Origin: Lama guanicoe
Lineage: Eukaryota
NCBI GenBank assembly: GCA_013239625.1
Contig: MU054391.1
Coordinates: forward strand, 5,663,824-5,727,823
DNA length: 64,000 nt
Reading direction: 5' to 3'
Positions 1 to 13,565 of the stretch are shown here, piece after piece. How positions within the stretch are numbered: position 1 is the stretch's first letter; each line of letters begins with the position of its first letter. A model generated the notes under the pieces. That model was not told the DNA's origin. It did not search any database and was given only the letters and a program-made list of their open reading frames with translations. A program made the translations under genes and the position numbers.

Positions 1-175
1 CAGCAAGTTTATACTGTATAGCACAGAGAACTAAATTCAATATCTTGTAGTAACCTATAATAAAAAAGAATATGAAAACAAATATATATATGTACATGTA
101 TGATTGAAACATGATGTTGTACACCAGAAATTGACACAAAATTGTAAACTGGCTATACTTCATTAAAAAAAAAAA
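1..175 (+). mobile_element. L1 3' end fragment (cetartiodactyl type) with poly(A), cut by window edge
   Basis: ctgtatagcacagagaact...tacaccagaaattgacac...ctatacttcatt followed by an A run; same motif as copies at 24976, 55577 and 62263. Confidence 0.85.
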
Positions 176-485
176 TTCCAACATGGCAGAAGGGGATAAA
201 GCAAAAAATAAATAATGTTCCTCATCACTTCTGAGCCCTACTCCTCAGAGGTCTTTCCAGATATTTAGTGTGCAAATGAGCCCATAGTGTATGAGCGGGT
301 GTGCATGCCCCCGGTCATGTGATGCACACTGGTCCATGCTGTCTCTCACTTGTTATTCAAGTATCGTAGACAGCTTTCCATGTCAGTATGTACAGACCTG
401 TCTCTTCCTATTCCTTCTGTCCACAGAATAATACACCATAATGTAAGTGTAGAAAAAAGTACTTACATGATCCCATATTCATGAA

Positions 486-755
486 TTTTTTTGAATTGAA
501 GTATAGTCATTACAATGTTGTCAGTTTCTGGTGTACAGTCAATTATGTTTCAGTCCTATATGTACATGTATATATTTGTTTTCATATTCTTTTTCATTAT
601 AGGTTACTACGAGATATTGAATATACTTTCCTGAGCTATACAGTATAAATTTGTTTATCTGTTTTATATATAGTAGTCAATATCTGCAAATCTCAAACTC
701 CTCATTTATCCCTTGCCACTGCCTTCCCCATCTGGTAACTATAATTTTGTTTCAT
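486..755 (-). mobile_element. L1 3' end fragment, antisense
   Basis: T run followed by gaattgaagtatagtc...gtttctggtgtacag, the reverse complement of the element at 1-175. Confidence 0.85.
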
Positions 756-3110
756 GAATATTTCAGTTGATTTTTTTCCCCTGGATATTCAAAAGTATGC
801 TGTATGGATAGTCTTCTTTTTTATACGTACCTTTCTGCTCTTGTGCAGGGATAGTTATAAGATAAATTTCTAAAAATGAAACTTCTAAGACATGGAAAAG
901 GTATTTGGAATCTGTCAGATGCTCTCCAAAAGGATGGCAACATACTAAATTTCTATGTACAGCATGTGTCTCTTTCTAGAAACTCTTACTATCACGATGT
1001 ATAGTCAACTTTTGTAATTTTTATCAGTCTGAAAAATATAATTCACTGCCCTGACTGGCACTAATTTAATTATGAGCAAAGTTGTGTTTTTTTATTGTTC
1101 GATTATTTATATTTATTTTTTATGAACTGTTTAGTTACAGTATCGTTTGTCCATTTTCATATTTGGTTATCTTTCACTTTCACATTGATTTGTAGAAGTC
1201 CTTTCAATTTTAAGGACAATTGTCTATGTTCATTTATATTGTAACATTTCCTCAGTTTGTTGTTTATTTCTTCCCTCCTTTTTCAGGATCTCATCAATTA
1301 TTAATTATTCCTTTCTTCCTTGCTTGTTTATTTTAACCACACCAATTTTTCAGTACAGTAATCAAATCTACTCATCTTTTCTGGCTTCTGAGAATATATG
1401 CTTATTAAAAAGACATGAACAAATGAAAGAATAAACAAACACCTGTGGCACTCATTGTTTGCACCCTCCGCACAGTGAGGGTCCTGCGCAGGAGGGAGAA
1501 GCCAGCCCAGCCTTAGGGCCAGTCTGGGTCTGAGGCTGGGAGAATCTGAGGAGCTGTGAACTGTGTCACCACAGGGTGGACATCTGGTGGACCTTCACTG
1601 ACACCTCCTTCTCTCCCTCCTTACGGCCCCCGGGCTGAGGGCTGGGAAGACGGAAGGATGCTGCATTCCTGCCTTCAGGTCCGCAGTGGTGAAGCTGTGG
1701 CTGGCACAGCACCCTGGGGGTCGGGCCAGCCCTGCCTACCCACCTCCAGGACAGGCTGTTTGCTGAGCCCTCTTGTTTCCTGGGCCTGGGTCCTTTCCTG
1801 ACCATATCTCTCCTGCTCTGGCCCTCTCCAGCCAACCTGCCTTCCATCTCCACAGGGGCATTGTTCTGCATCTGAACCCCAGACTCACACTCGGAGCCCC
1901 AGCCCCTACCAGCCTGGTAGCCTCCCGCCTGCCTTTCCCTCAAAGTGGCATGTCACTGTCAAGGCTCAACGACACTCTCCCCACATTTTGCCTGATTAGT
2001 GAGTATTCTTTGTACAATTAAATGACCATTTAATGGCTGTCTGCCATGTGCTAGACTCTGTCTGATGCTTTACGTATAGTATCTCACTTTTCACCAGACT
2101 ATTACGTCCTCATTCAGGAAAAGCTGAGAGTCGGGAGACTGTCAGTTGCCTGAGCTCTCCTAATCTTGAAGGGGTGCGGTCAGGACTCCGATCCTGTCTC
2201 TCTCCACACCTGGTCACTGAGGCCCCTGCAGGCATCACGTTCCACCTGTAGAGCAAATTTCCTTCCAGAGCCTGCTGCGGGCCGGCCCCTCAGGGAGATG
2301 AGGAATTCAGCCCAGCCTTTCCCTGCCCAGCCCTGAGCCATTGGATTGGAGAGTTACTTTGCCTCTGTCCCTACAGATTTTGCAAATGTTTTAAACAAGA
2401 CAGGAAAAGCATCCAGTTGTCTCCCTACTGCTCCCCACCTCCCCAAAATGAGAATAGCCAGGCTGTTTGTAAACCTTGAAAGAGAAGGTTCTGCACCTTC
2501 ACCCCATCACCCCATCCCAGGCCCCTCACCTGACCCGGAGGAAGAAACATGGGGAGATTTGCCGGGAAAGGGCTGCTGTTGTAGAGAATCTGGCTGGCTT
2601 GCCTCCGGAGGCCTCCAGAGACCTCCAGAGACTCAAAGCCTCAAGGGAGGAGGCATGAAGCTGAGATCGTGAGCTCTTTTCCCTGTTTTTATCTTAAAAA
2701 ACTGTTTAGTCATGGAACGAAGCAACATGTGAATACATTATTATAATAGATTCAAATACAGACCTATAAATAAATACTTGACGCTTCCCAGAAGATATTA
2801 CTGACAGTATGGTATGCATCATATGTCTGTAACTAATTACCATTTATAAAATTTACTGATTTCCAATTATAATTACAAGCAGTATGGGATGTGCCCTATA
2901 TATCACATATATATTTTTTAACATAAATGTGAGAATGCTACAGTACAGAAAATACTATTGTCCCATGACTTTTTTCATTTTAATTTTGACATATTAAATG
3001 TGACTTGGAAAAACTCCCACGTGAGCATATACAGTTCTACTTCCTTGTTTCCAATGTTGTTGTGGCATGTTTTATAGTAGGATTAACCATCATTTAAAAA
3101 AATCTTACAT

Positions 3111-4585
3111 CAGCGGTTCTCAAATTGAGATACATGAATCCTTGAATCCGAAACCCTGCAGAGAGTCCTTCAAGTCAAAACTGTTGTCATACTAGTACAA
3201 AGATATTCTGCCTTTTTCTCTGTGCGACAGTTGCCCTGAGGATGCAAAAGCAAGGCTGGCTAATTTGCTGGAGCCTTCGCACGAATCAAGGCAGACAGAG
3301 CCCCAAACTGTCCGGTGTCATTGTGTTCTTCACTACCCTGCACTCACAGTGGAAAAAAGAAGCCAGTTTCACTTAAGAATGTCCCTGATGTAGCAGTTGA
3401 AATTATTCATTTTATCAAATCTCAATCTTTAAAGACATTGCCTTTTATACATACTGAAATATGGCGGTTGTCTGAAGAAAAAGACTTGTGTAATTGAGTT
3501 GCAAGCTGAATTAGCTGCATTTCCCATAGAACATCATTTTTACTTGAAAAGCACGGTGAACAGGCAAGGGCTGATGATTCTGACTTGGATGCCTGGCAAA
3601 CATTTTCACAAAAATGAACAAAGTGAGCTTGTCACTTTAAGGAAAGCAATGGAGAATATTTGTTACTAATGAGAAGATTTGAGTTTTTAGGTGAAATTAG
3701 TATTTGGAAAACTTATATCTGCCACCTTAAGGTTGATAGGCTGCCAGTACTTAAAGACTGATAACATATGGTTCAAGATTAATGCGTGTTTTTTTTTTAA
3801 TACTGTCGATCAAGTGTGTCAACATTTGGAAGCTCTGTATAACTTGGTGAACCAATATTTTCCAAACAACAAATGCAGTATTTTACAAAATCATGCATGG
3901 ATAGAAGATCCATCCAAAGTACGAGACAGAACAATGGATTTCAATGTAACCAAGTATAAAAAGTGTATTGATATAGCTCAGATCCCACATTGCAATGATC
4001 TTTTAGAAACTTGTTGAGGATTTAAGTGACGTCGAGAAAAATAACCACAATTGCCTGAAAAAGGCTATTAAAATATTCCTCTCTTTTTAAACTACGTATC
4101 TCTGTGAGGCCAGCTATTCTGCAAATACTTCAAACCACTATGTCACAACACTCTGAATGCAGAATGGTGTGAGGATCCAGCTGTCAATGTAAACCAGTGT
4201 TACTTTTCTCACTCAATTTTTTCATGTGTTTGAAGTATACGATTATTTTTCATAAAAATATATTATTTATATTAACATGTAATGTGTAACTATTATTTTA
4301 AATTCATTAGTAACTATTTTTAACCTATATCAGTTTAAATTGCCAACACAGGAAATTAAATATTGATAGAGATAATCCACATAATTTAAAGCTCTTTGAG
4401 TTCTTTGGTAATTTTTAAGAGCAGAAAGATGTCCTGAGACCAGGACAGGTAGAGCTCAGTGGTAGAGCACATGCTTAGCATGCACGAGGTCCTGGGGACA
4501 ATCCCCAGTACCTCCGTTTAAAAAAAATCATAAACCTAATTACCACCCCTACCCCCCCAAATAAATAAATAAATAAAGACTACTG
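3111..4585 (+). mobile_element. hAT-Charlie (Charlie1-like) DNA transposon relic
   Basis: 5' terminus CAGCGGTTCTCAAA; decayed transposase peptides in ORFs 3315 (SLKNVPDVAVEIIHFIKSQ) and 3691 (NQYFPNNKCSILQNHAWIEDP); 3' end ...gtcctgagacc-[SINE]-agactactg. Confidence 0.85.
4443..4576 (+). mobile_element. tRNA-derived SINE (camelid Vic-1-like) inserted in the Charlie 3' terminus
   Basis: AGCTCAGTGGTAGAGC...GCTTAGCATGCACGAGGTCCTGGG..CAATCCCCAGTACCTCC, then taaacctaattacc and an (AAAT)n tail. Confidence 0.9.
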
Positions 4586-4940
4586 CTGTAGATAATCAAC
4601 TTTAAGATTTGGAAGTCTGATTGTTATACTTGACCCACTTTGATCAGAACAGGTAGTTCAAGGTCATTCAAGGACCAAAGATCCAAGTTATCTATGTCCC
4701 TATGTCTGGCAGACCCTCCTCAATACCCAACACACACACACACACACCTGATATTCTCTGTCCTGGGAAACCAGATAAAGAGATTTGTTAAAATTAAATA
4801 TAAATGTGAGTCAGTAGGCTCCAAATAAGGGAGAAAGAGAGTAACGGTCCTTGCTTTTATAACACCCATTTAGGAAACTCAGAAGCCCTGTTTTAGGAAC
4901 TTACAGATTCCCAGTGTTTTCTGGGAAAATGTTTTCTATA

Positions 4941-5107
4941 GCCTTGCTACTCAGAGTAGTGGTCCACGGACCAGCAACTTCAGCATCTTCTGTGGCTTGT
5001 TAAAGGTGCCAGTCCAAGATCCTCAGCCCAGACTACTAAATCAAAACATACTCTTTAAGAAGATCCCCAGGTAATCTTTATGCACATTACAGCTTGTGAA
5101 GCACTGC
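4941..5107. mobile_element. MER5A-like hAT element
   Basis: ctactcagagt..ggtccacggaccagca...aagatccccaggtaat..tgcacatt...aagcactg matches the recalled MER5A consensus. Confidence 0.8.
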
Positions 5108-5199
5108 TGTAGGAAAAACATTTAGGATCTAGAGTCTAAAATTAAAAAGGATATTTAGTAATCTCCTGCAGGGTTATAAATACATGACAACAATTGCAT

Positions 5200-5890
5200 A
5201 TAAATTGAGGGAGGAGTAAATAGAGTTAAAGGGAGGGAGGAGAGCAAAAATATGGTTAAGCTAAGAATGCATGTTGTAATTTCAAAGGTAAATGCTAAAT
5301 GAATTGAAACAGAATATGTAATTTCCAAATGAGTAGGGTGAAAAAAGTAGAGTGCTCAAAAATAATCAGTCTAAAGGAAGGCAAGCTACGAGAGAAAAAG
5401 AAGCCAAATAGGCAGAACAATTAGAAAGCATAAAAGATGACAGATTTAAAATTTTTTATTATGGAAAATTTAAATAATGTACCAAAACAGAAGAGTAAAA
5501 TGGACCTCATGTGCTCATTAACCTAAATAGGTAATAATCTAGTTCTGTTTTTCTCCCTCATTTTTTCCCTAATATTTGAAAACAAATCCCAGACATCACA
5601 TCATTGTATTTGTAAATATTTCAATAGATTTTTTACCAGAAAAGGACTTTAAAATACAGCCGTACAAAACCATTATGACAAAACTGTTATATTTCAACAG
5701 AAATAGATCGAAAATTATGTTAAAGGGGACTGAACAATCTGGTTAAAGACAAAGATTGTGAGACTGGATGAAAAACAAAACCCCACTCTGTGCTATTTAC
5801 AGCTGCAGCGTAAGAGTTCAGAAATGATGAAAGTAAAAAATGAAAAAGGATCTATTACGTAAATGTCAATCAGAAGAAAACTGATACAGA
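5200..5890 (+). mobile_element. Old L1 fragments including a decayed ORF2 endonuclease N-terminus
   Basis: About 5725-5800 reads like GLN..KRQRL.DWMK.QNPTLCYLQ with lesions; A-rich strand. Confidence 0.65.
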
Positions 5891-6257
5891 TAACAAACAG
5901 CTAGTTTACACAGACGATAGAGAAAGAGTTGGGCAAAGTTCTTACACCAGCTGTTTACACTGCACGGAAGTCAGCTCACATTGCTTGTCTCAACTGAGGT
6001 AGGAGTGAATCTCACCTCTGTGTCAGGTGAGGAGGGGGCTCAGGGAGCCCCCTGGCCAGAGACCCCCAGCTGGTGAGGGCAGAGGCAGGGCTGGAAGTGA
6101 AGGGGAGTTATCCTTCCATCCCGCCCCCCAAAGCCAGGATGCTTTCCCAGACCTGGGGGGCTTCTTGGGAAATAGGGAGGCCTTGAAATCTACTGAGAAG
6201 GTGAGGCTCTGGGCCCCATCACTGGGACAACTTGAGAGTCTTTAAAAGTGAGTTCAA

Positions 6258-6350
6258 GGGGAGAGAGTAACAGCTCGGTGGTGGAGCACGTACATAGCAT
6301 GCACGAGGTTCTGGGTTCAATCCCTATTATTTCCATTAAAGAAAAAAAAA
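6258..6350 (+). mobile_element. tRNA-derived SINE (Vic-1-like, short)
   Basis: AGCTCGGTGGTGGAGC...GCATGCACGAGGTTCTGGGTTCAATCCC plus A tail. Confidence 0.85.
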
Positions 6351-6931
6351 GAGGACAAGAGCAGAGAAGGCACCGGCTCCAGGGTCCCTTAGCAGATGAC
6401 ACCTGGGAATGTCATGTGTGCCCCTTGGTGTTCGTGCCCTTTGAGCACTGGTTGGGTGGGATCTTTTCTGGAAGGGGCACTGGAGGGGGTGTGCAGACCC
6501 GGGTCACCTGCGGGGAAGAGTGCAGTTGAGTTCCCGTGGTCCTGATGCCCCAGGAGCACACGGCTCTAAGGTGGCCTCGCGACGCTTCATTTCAGGAGGG
6601 TCCTACGAAAGAGGCTTCAGTCTGATTTCACTCCGCTCGTTCCAGCAGACAATTTTTATTTTATTTATTTTTTTTTAACTGAGGAAAGGCCGCCCACAGG
6701 AGATTCAGAATTTATGTTCACCCAGACCTGGCCAGACCTATCTGGGAGGAAAGCAGTGTAGCTTCACAGTTAATTCTGGCACATTCCTACCAGGAACCTG
6801 GTAGTGCTGCCAACTTCCTCACGCTGGCTCCAAGGAGCCGTCTGCTCCAGCTATAGGGGCCTGAGCTGAAATTCAGCCGTTCTCCCACACAGACAGACAG
6901 ACAGGCAGAAGCATGTACACAAATTTAGTTT

Positions 6932-7058
6932 TCACACACACACACACGGGACTTAGCCACATAAATATGTACACATGTTTTAATTTCATACCCCCCTCCC
7001 ATCAGGTTTAACCACACACACACACACACACGTACTCAGAGTTACAGCCACAAGCTCC

Positions 7059-7092
<34 letters not shown>
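6932..7092. repeat. Cluster of (CA)n microsatellites
   Basis: CA runs at about 6932-6947, 7013-7031 and 7060-7092. Confidence 0.95.
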
Positions 7093-7095
<3 letters not shown>

Positions 7096-7593
7096 TTGTT
7101 CCAACCACCTGCCGTCCACAGTGTGGCCATGGGGGACCAGCTCAGAATGACAGAAGGAGACAGAGCAGGTACAGGAGGGGGCCACTCCTAGCCAAGAACA
7201 GTGGGAAGAAACACACTGTCCCGACGTGTCCAGGAGAGCAGGAGGTGCTGAGCTGCAGCCTCGTTGTTCCTAGCGGGGCAGACATATGGAAGAGACCATG
7301 TTTTTTCCCCTAAAGGGCCAAGTGCAGTAAGAGCGCTCTCACACAGGAGCTGTAATTAGTCCAGTTAACGGCACTGCCTGTCCTTAATGGGATGTGGAAG
7401 GGCAGCCCGTGCTGTGGGAAGCACAGACTAAATGGACTAGACCTCCAGCCTGGATTTGATATTTCCCCTCTCACCCAGCCTCAGTCTTCTCATCTGAAAA
7501 ATGGGGATATTGCCCTGATCAGTTGTGAGGATTAAATGAAGCAACACACATAAAGACAGGGCCTGGGACATAGTAGTTGCTCAGTAACTGTTG

Positions 7594-7741
7594 TTTTTTT
7601 TTTTTGGAGGGAGGAGGTAATTATGTTCATTTATTTATTAATTTATAATAGAGGCCTGGGGATTGAAACTAGGTCCTCGTGCATGCTGGGCATGGACTGT
7701 GTGAGATCTATCCTCCCTGTCCACCCCCCCCACCTTTTTTG
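7594..7741 (-). mobile_element. tRNA-derived SINE with 15-bp TSD, inserted in a MIR 3' end
   Basis: Poly(T), ggggattgaa, cctcgtgcatgct; TSD GCTCAGTAACTGTTG at 7579-7593 and 7742-7756. Confidence 0.9.
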
Positions 7742-10700
7742 GCTCAGTAACTGTTGATTTTTCTCCCTTCCTGGCTTCTTGCCTTCAGACTACAGCTACT
7801 CACCTGGGCCTTTAGGGCAAAGAATACAGTCAAGGTCACTGACAGGTATGCCCTTGCTTTGACAGTCTTGTCATCACTCCTTCCCTCCCTCCCACCGAGG
7901 CCTTGCCCCCTCAGCCACCATCTTCCTTGGTCCCCCTCTAGGTCTCCCCAAAGTAAACTCATGGTTCAGTCTGAGGGGCAAGCTCAGAGCTGGCTGCCTC
8001 CGGGAGGGACAGATAAATCGCAGGGCTCCACAGGGGCCAGGCTGGACTCACAAGGGAGGGGACCGGGTGGGATGCAGACTCTGGCACGGTCTCCCACAGG
8101 TCACAGGGTCGTGGTGAGGAGTGAATGAGCTGATGTCCATGAAGGTTACAGCTTGGGGCTTAGCACTCAGAGGACACTGAGTAGGCAGTCACTCCAATTA
8201 CACTTTATCATGTACTTTTTTTTCTCTTCTGTACTTAAGGAAAAAATTTAAATTGAAGTAGAGTCGACTTACAGTGTTGTACCACATGCTTTTGTTTGGA
8301 CTCATCCACAGCAGCTGCAATGATCTGGGCTTAAATATCAAAAGCCCCCAAGGCAAGCACATCTGTGACCTCTCGTGACAAGCAGTCACGGGCACAGCCC
8401 ACCACGAGGCCCCAGGTTCACTTCCTCTCTCTGCCCTGCTGTCCTTTGCCCCCAGGTTGATTCCTTCATGGTAAAGCTGTAGTAGACCCAGCTGGCACAT
8501 TTTCATGGTAATGTCCAGGGACTTTCTTCTTATGTGATTTTTTTCCCCCTATTTTAATCATGGAGGGGCCTTGCCTGGAAGTCCCCTGGCAGATGTCCTT
8601 TGATCTTTTATTGGTCAGAACTATGTCACAAGCCCAGCTGTACAGTTGGCCAGGAGAATGAGGTCACTGCAACTGTCCTGACGCCCTGGTGCTGGGGGCT
8701 GATCGCTCATGAGAGTGGGGACCAGATACCATCGGGTTCTGCTGGGAGTGGGGAAGGAGGGGCCAACAGCTGGGAAGCTGCCAAAGGGCCTCCATACCAC
8801 CTCTTACACCTCCTTCCTTCCAGAAACACCCCCAAGTTGGTGGAGCAGGAGTCATGGTTACATATTGTCTCCTGGGAATCTCACAAAAAGCCATAGCATC
8901 CTGATCTGTGAAATGGGCATCACAAAAAATGTGAAGTGGTGAATCCACAGTCACCGAGCCCAGGGCTTTCTAACTCCCTATGTGGCAGCTACACGCTCTG
9001 CACTCTGCCTCATCCTGTACTGGACAGGCGTGGGCGCCAGGGCAGAAGGCTGGCAGGAAGACAGTGGCTGGAGGCAAGAGGGGCCTGGGGGTGAAAGGGA
9101 CCTGGGGGTAAGAGGGGCCTGGGTGCGTCTGGCTCCACCACTCACACGAAACTTCCCTTCTCTCAGCCTCAGCGTCCCCATTCATACAGAGAGGATTTGA
9201 CTCTGAAATCTTTAACGTTTCTCCTAGCCCCAACATCTTTTGATTTAATACCTTCTTAAAGAGGTCTGGGGCACTCTGAAAAAAAAAAAAGAAAAATGAA
9301 AAAAGAACTCAGCGTGTCTGTGGCTTGTCAGCACAGAGGCCTCATGACAGGCCTCCGAGGGCTTCGGCTCCTCCTGTTTTGGGCTCATGAGTTCATCCCG
9401 AGGCCTGTGCCAGCCCCTGTGGCTTCTCATCTTTCCATCCTGGACTGTATGACAGAATGACTAAAAATACCGAGCTCCCACAGGCCCGCCACCCGGCCAA
9501 CGCCCTCCCTCAGTCCATCCCTTTTCAGTCTGAGGTATGCCCCGGACAGGAGCCCGGGACAGGCCGCCCGTGGTGGTTCTGACTCCTGGCAGCCCCACGC
9601 TGGAGGGTCAGGGTGGGCAGGTGTGAAGGGCCCTGCTGGGGCCCTTAGCACCTTCTTGTGGGGTGAGTTTGTCCTGGCAGGAACCCCTGGGCTTCAGTTT
9701 CCTCATCCAGAAAATGGGGATAATGTTCCCAATGTATAACATCATCATGAGAATTAAAGGAGAGCCTGGGTGCTGAGCCTGACTCAGACAGAGGGCTTGA
9801 TCCCTGTCTCTTCCTGCTTCCCCGACTCCCCTCTCCACTCAGTCCGTTTGGAGGGTTCTGGTCCTGGGATCCCATTGCTCTCCCTCCAAATCTGATGCGG
9901 GCATGTAAAGTTGATCACAGACCAATTGTGTGAGCGGAGAAGCCCCCTGGGCAGGCTGGATAGTTGTCCAGAGCCACTCAGGTCACCGGGGCCTGGGTGC
10001 CTCTGCCTCCCTCCTGTCTGTGGTGGGTTCTGGGAGGCCTGCTGGAAGTAGAAGTTAAAAGGTGCAATACAAGGCAATCTGGTGCTCCGAGCACAGGGGA
10101 GAGCCAGCATGGGGGAGTTTCTCAAGGGGCCCCGCAGCCTCCAGCTCATGGTTTAACCTCCTGGACTCTCAGTTTTGTTTTCTGCACAAGGAGAAAAATT
10201 AAAATGCCTCCCTTAGAGGATGTGAGAGCCTGCTAGGTACACAGATGTAGTTACTGTGTTATTTACAGCCTGAAGACAGCCTTAAAAAGACTTACACATA
10301 CACACAGGCACATCAGATTTGAGATCAAATTCAGCTGGGCATTTTTTCCATGACACAGACTCAACAAACATTCAGAGCACCTGCAGGATGCCAGGCCGGG
10401 CGGGGTTGGGATGCGGAGCTGTATCAGGTGTGTGGCGACCATCGGCCACCGCGAGGCCAGGCTGGAAACTCGCCACTGGGTGCTGCTGTCCCCCACTCGT
10501 GGTGTTCACAAAAGCAGATTCCAGTCCACCTGCACGTGGCCCTCCGTGCTGCCCAGTGCTTTCCAGGAGGAACATCGTCGCTTTCAGTTTGATGCACTGT
10601 ATCTACTCAGGGGTCAAATCGCCCTCAATGATCAGTCGTGAAAACACAGTAAGACCTCTGTTCCCTCCCCGTCGTGTTCCCCTCCCCAAAGCAGACCCTC

Positions 10701-11299
10701 AAGTTCCCACTCAAGTTCCCCGAGGATCTGGGGTGGCCTCTGTATCTCGGGTAGCATGCTTGTACACTCACTGCTTTATTTCCAGTGTGATTCTGCCTCA
10801 GGAATTCCCGGCCTTGCTCCCCTGGCCCCGACATGTGACCCCTCCCCACACCCCTACTTCTCTGTTGAACTGTGACGCACTTTTGGATCGATCAAGTGAC
10901 TCTTTACCTTATTAAGCCATTGACACTTCCTGTAGTTAAAAAGTGTGGTGAATTGTAACGCCTTTCCTTCTCTACAGAGTGTTGTCATCGCTGAAGTTAA
11001 TCACTGTCCCGTTTCATAGCCTGATTTTCTGTGTATTTATCACCAGTTCCACTCTTGGCTTTTTGCCAGTTGTCTGAGTGTCTTCCTGAGACATTCAGAT
11101 GCGTCCAGGGCTCTATGGGTTGCAGATGTCCGTCCCTCCAGCGCCTTCTCACCTCCTTCATCAGGACCTGTCGCCCCGGGTCTGGGGCTCAGTGTTGCCC
11201 GACCTCCTCAGGAGACCTTCCTCTGCTGCTTTTCTGTGTTGCGTGACCTGTTTCCTGGGTCCAGTGGCCTCTTCTTTTTGGAGTTGCTTCTCCTTTTAA

Positions 11300-11640
11300 A
11301 GGACCCCATTCTCTGGAGGTTTCCAAGAAGGGAGTCACTGAAGGTAGGTATTTTGAGTTCTTGCATGTCTGGGAAAGTCTTTGTTCTAACTTCCCACCTG
11401 ACAAAGGGTTTCACTGTTTATAGAATCTAAGCTCATAAATCACTGCCCCTTGAATTTTGAAGGGTCTTCTAGCTTCCAGGATCTCTGCAAGAAACCAAAC
11501 GCACACCTCGCGTTTTGAATGCGACCTGCTTCCTCTCCCTGGAAGCTGGTAGGCTCTTCTCCTGGGCCACAGTATTCTGAAATGCTGCGGCGGTGAGCCC
11601 CGCTGTGGTCTGAATGCACGGGTGAGAACAGACGCTCACA
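11300..11640 (-). mobile_element. Ancient L1/HAL1 ORF1-region relic
   Basis: ttgagttcttgcatgtctg..tatagaatctaag..cttgaattttgaagg..cttctagcttccag resembles old L1ME/HAL1 antisense sequence. Confidence 0.55.
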
Positions 11641-12151
11641 GGGCTCCTTCCTCCAGAGAAGACATTTCTAGCCACCCCCAAGCCCCTGTCCCAGGCAAAG
11701 ACTTAGCTCCCAGGCTTCAGGCGGGAGACGTGGGCACGTGACCCTGGCATTCAGGATACACACATTCACTTAATTCCGCTGTTTGCGGTGAGAGCTTGAG
11801 CCCTCCAATCCAAGGAATCACTTTTTACCCTTTCCAGGGGATAAATCTCCCATCTTCCCCTGGGGTGAAAAAGGCCAGTTGCCCACCAGTGAAGAGTGGA
11901 GGGGATCCTGGGATGCATGTACTTCCTTGGCTACTGTGGGTTGATCCTCTCCATTTCAGCCACTCCTTTACCCCAAGTTCTAGGGAATCCTGAGACTTCT
12001 GGTTCCTCGAGAACTCTGGGGTGTACATCTGGCTGTTTTCAGTTTTCTTCACTGTGGGCTTGAGGCTTTACTTTCTTGGGTCTGCTAAGTCAGTTACCAT
12101 CCTTCCACCTGCTTTCCAGCTCCTAAAATGGTGTTGTGGTCTGCTCTCCTG

Positions 12152-12201
<50 letters not shown>
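12152..12201. repeat. (TG)n microsatellite
   Basis: About 25 TG units read directly. Confidence 0.98.
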
Positions 12202-12204
<3 letters not shown>

Positions 12205-13493
12205 TGTGCGTGCATGCATTTGTGCACGTGTGCGTACTCTCGCACATGTGCACACATGAATCTCTTTACTAGAGTCTTGATGGGGTTTTGGGAGGGAGGG
12301 AGACTAGATGTTCAACCTGCCGCCTTTCCCCAGTAGCCTTGTTCAATAACACGAGCAAAGTCCAGGGACCTCAGAGCATGGAGTTCACACCGTCAACCAC
12401 ACAGTGGTTCCCCACCACAGAGATGGTGAAATCCTTTTCAGGCTTGGGGGAAAGAGTTTGGAGAGAATTCGAGAAGACAGGAAGTGAGTAGCTGTTGTAG
12501 GTCCTTGAGAAAATCCCAGTAGGGGTGAGCGTGGGAGTGGCAGAGACCCCCCAGGTAGACTGGGGAGACTTGTGGGGTCCCTGGGAGTCCCCTGCAGGCA
12601 GAGCCCACGCTAGAACACCAAGTAGAGCAAGCCCCGCCTTAGGTTGAGGCCAGCAGCATGGAGGCCAGCCCGGGTGTCAGACAGGGAGGAGGCAAGTCCC
12701 CTGGGAAGCTGAATAACCCTCAGGGAGAGAGGAGAGGGCACCCTGGAATCTCTCATGGAGCTGTCGGGGCTGAGAGGGCCTTTAAGAATCACCTTCTCCA
12801 ACGTTTTAGGGAAGGGGATTCTGGGGCTTGGAGTGGGAAAGGAGCTTGTCCCAGGCCACCCAATCACTGTAAGACAGAGTTCCTTCTGCAATGCCACTAA
12901 AGAGAGTTGATGGAGGGTAACCATTTATTCACTCAGAAGCCCTGTCCTTGACCTGGCCCAGTCCCTCTGTCCTGATCTGTTTGTCTAGAGCTTCCCTGAA
13001 GACTTTTGAATAAAGGTTATCTTTTCCCTCGATTTCCCTGAGCTTACCTCAGGGTGGTCATGTGACCACACAAGGGGCTATTTGAAGTGGACGTTCAGGT
13101 TGGAGGAGGAGTTCGCCAGCTGGAGGAGAAAGGACACTCCCAGCAGAGACTGTACCAAGAAGTGCAGATGTGTGTGCAGGGATGTAAGGGATTTGCTGAG
13201 TGAAAGGACAAATACACGCAGAACCAAGCCTCAGAGGACAGCCGCTGGGGAGGGGGTTCCTGGCGGCAGACTCGGATCTCAGACCTCAGTCCTCCTGGCC
13301 GCTCAGCCGCGGCATCCACTGGCTGGTATTTGTGGAACCGTCTCCATATGTTGCCAGAGAAACGAGGCATCCTGTCACCACCACTCACCACCACTAGGCT
13401 GCCAACACCCACCACACCCAGCTCAGAGGCTTTGGTTGGCCCCTTTCTGCCACAGTCACATGTACACTAGCTTTTATATCGTGGGTTTGCTCA

Positions 13494-13565
13494 CTGGGGT
13501 GGGGGTGCTGCCTGGGGTGGGGGTGCTGCCTGTGGTGAGGGCACTGCCTGGGGTGAGAGCATTAC
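13494..13565. repeat. 18-bp G-rich minisatellite, 4 units
   Basis: CTGGGGTGGGGGTGCTGC x2, CTGTGGTGAGGGCACTGC, CTGGGGTGAGAGCATTAC. Confidence 0.9.

Noticed and set aside
3315..4017. Domesticated hAT transposase gene
   Set aside because: Fragmented by stops and frameshifts inside a Charlie relic.
4443..4520. tRNA genes at the SINE heads
   Set aside because: Diverged stems, A-rich tails and TSDs identify them as SINEs.
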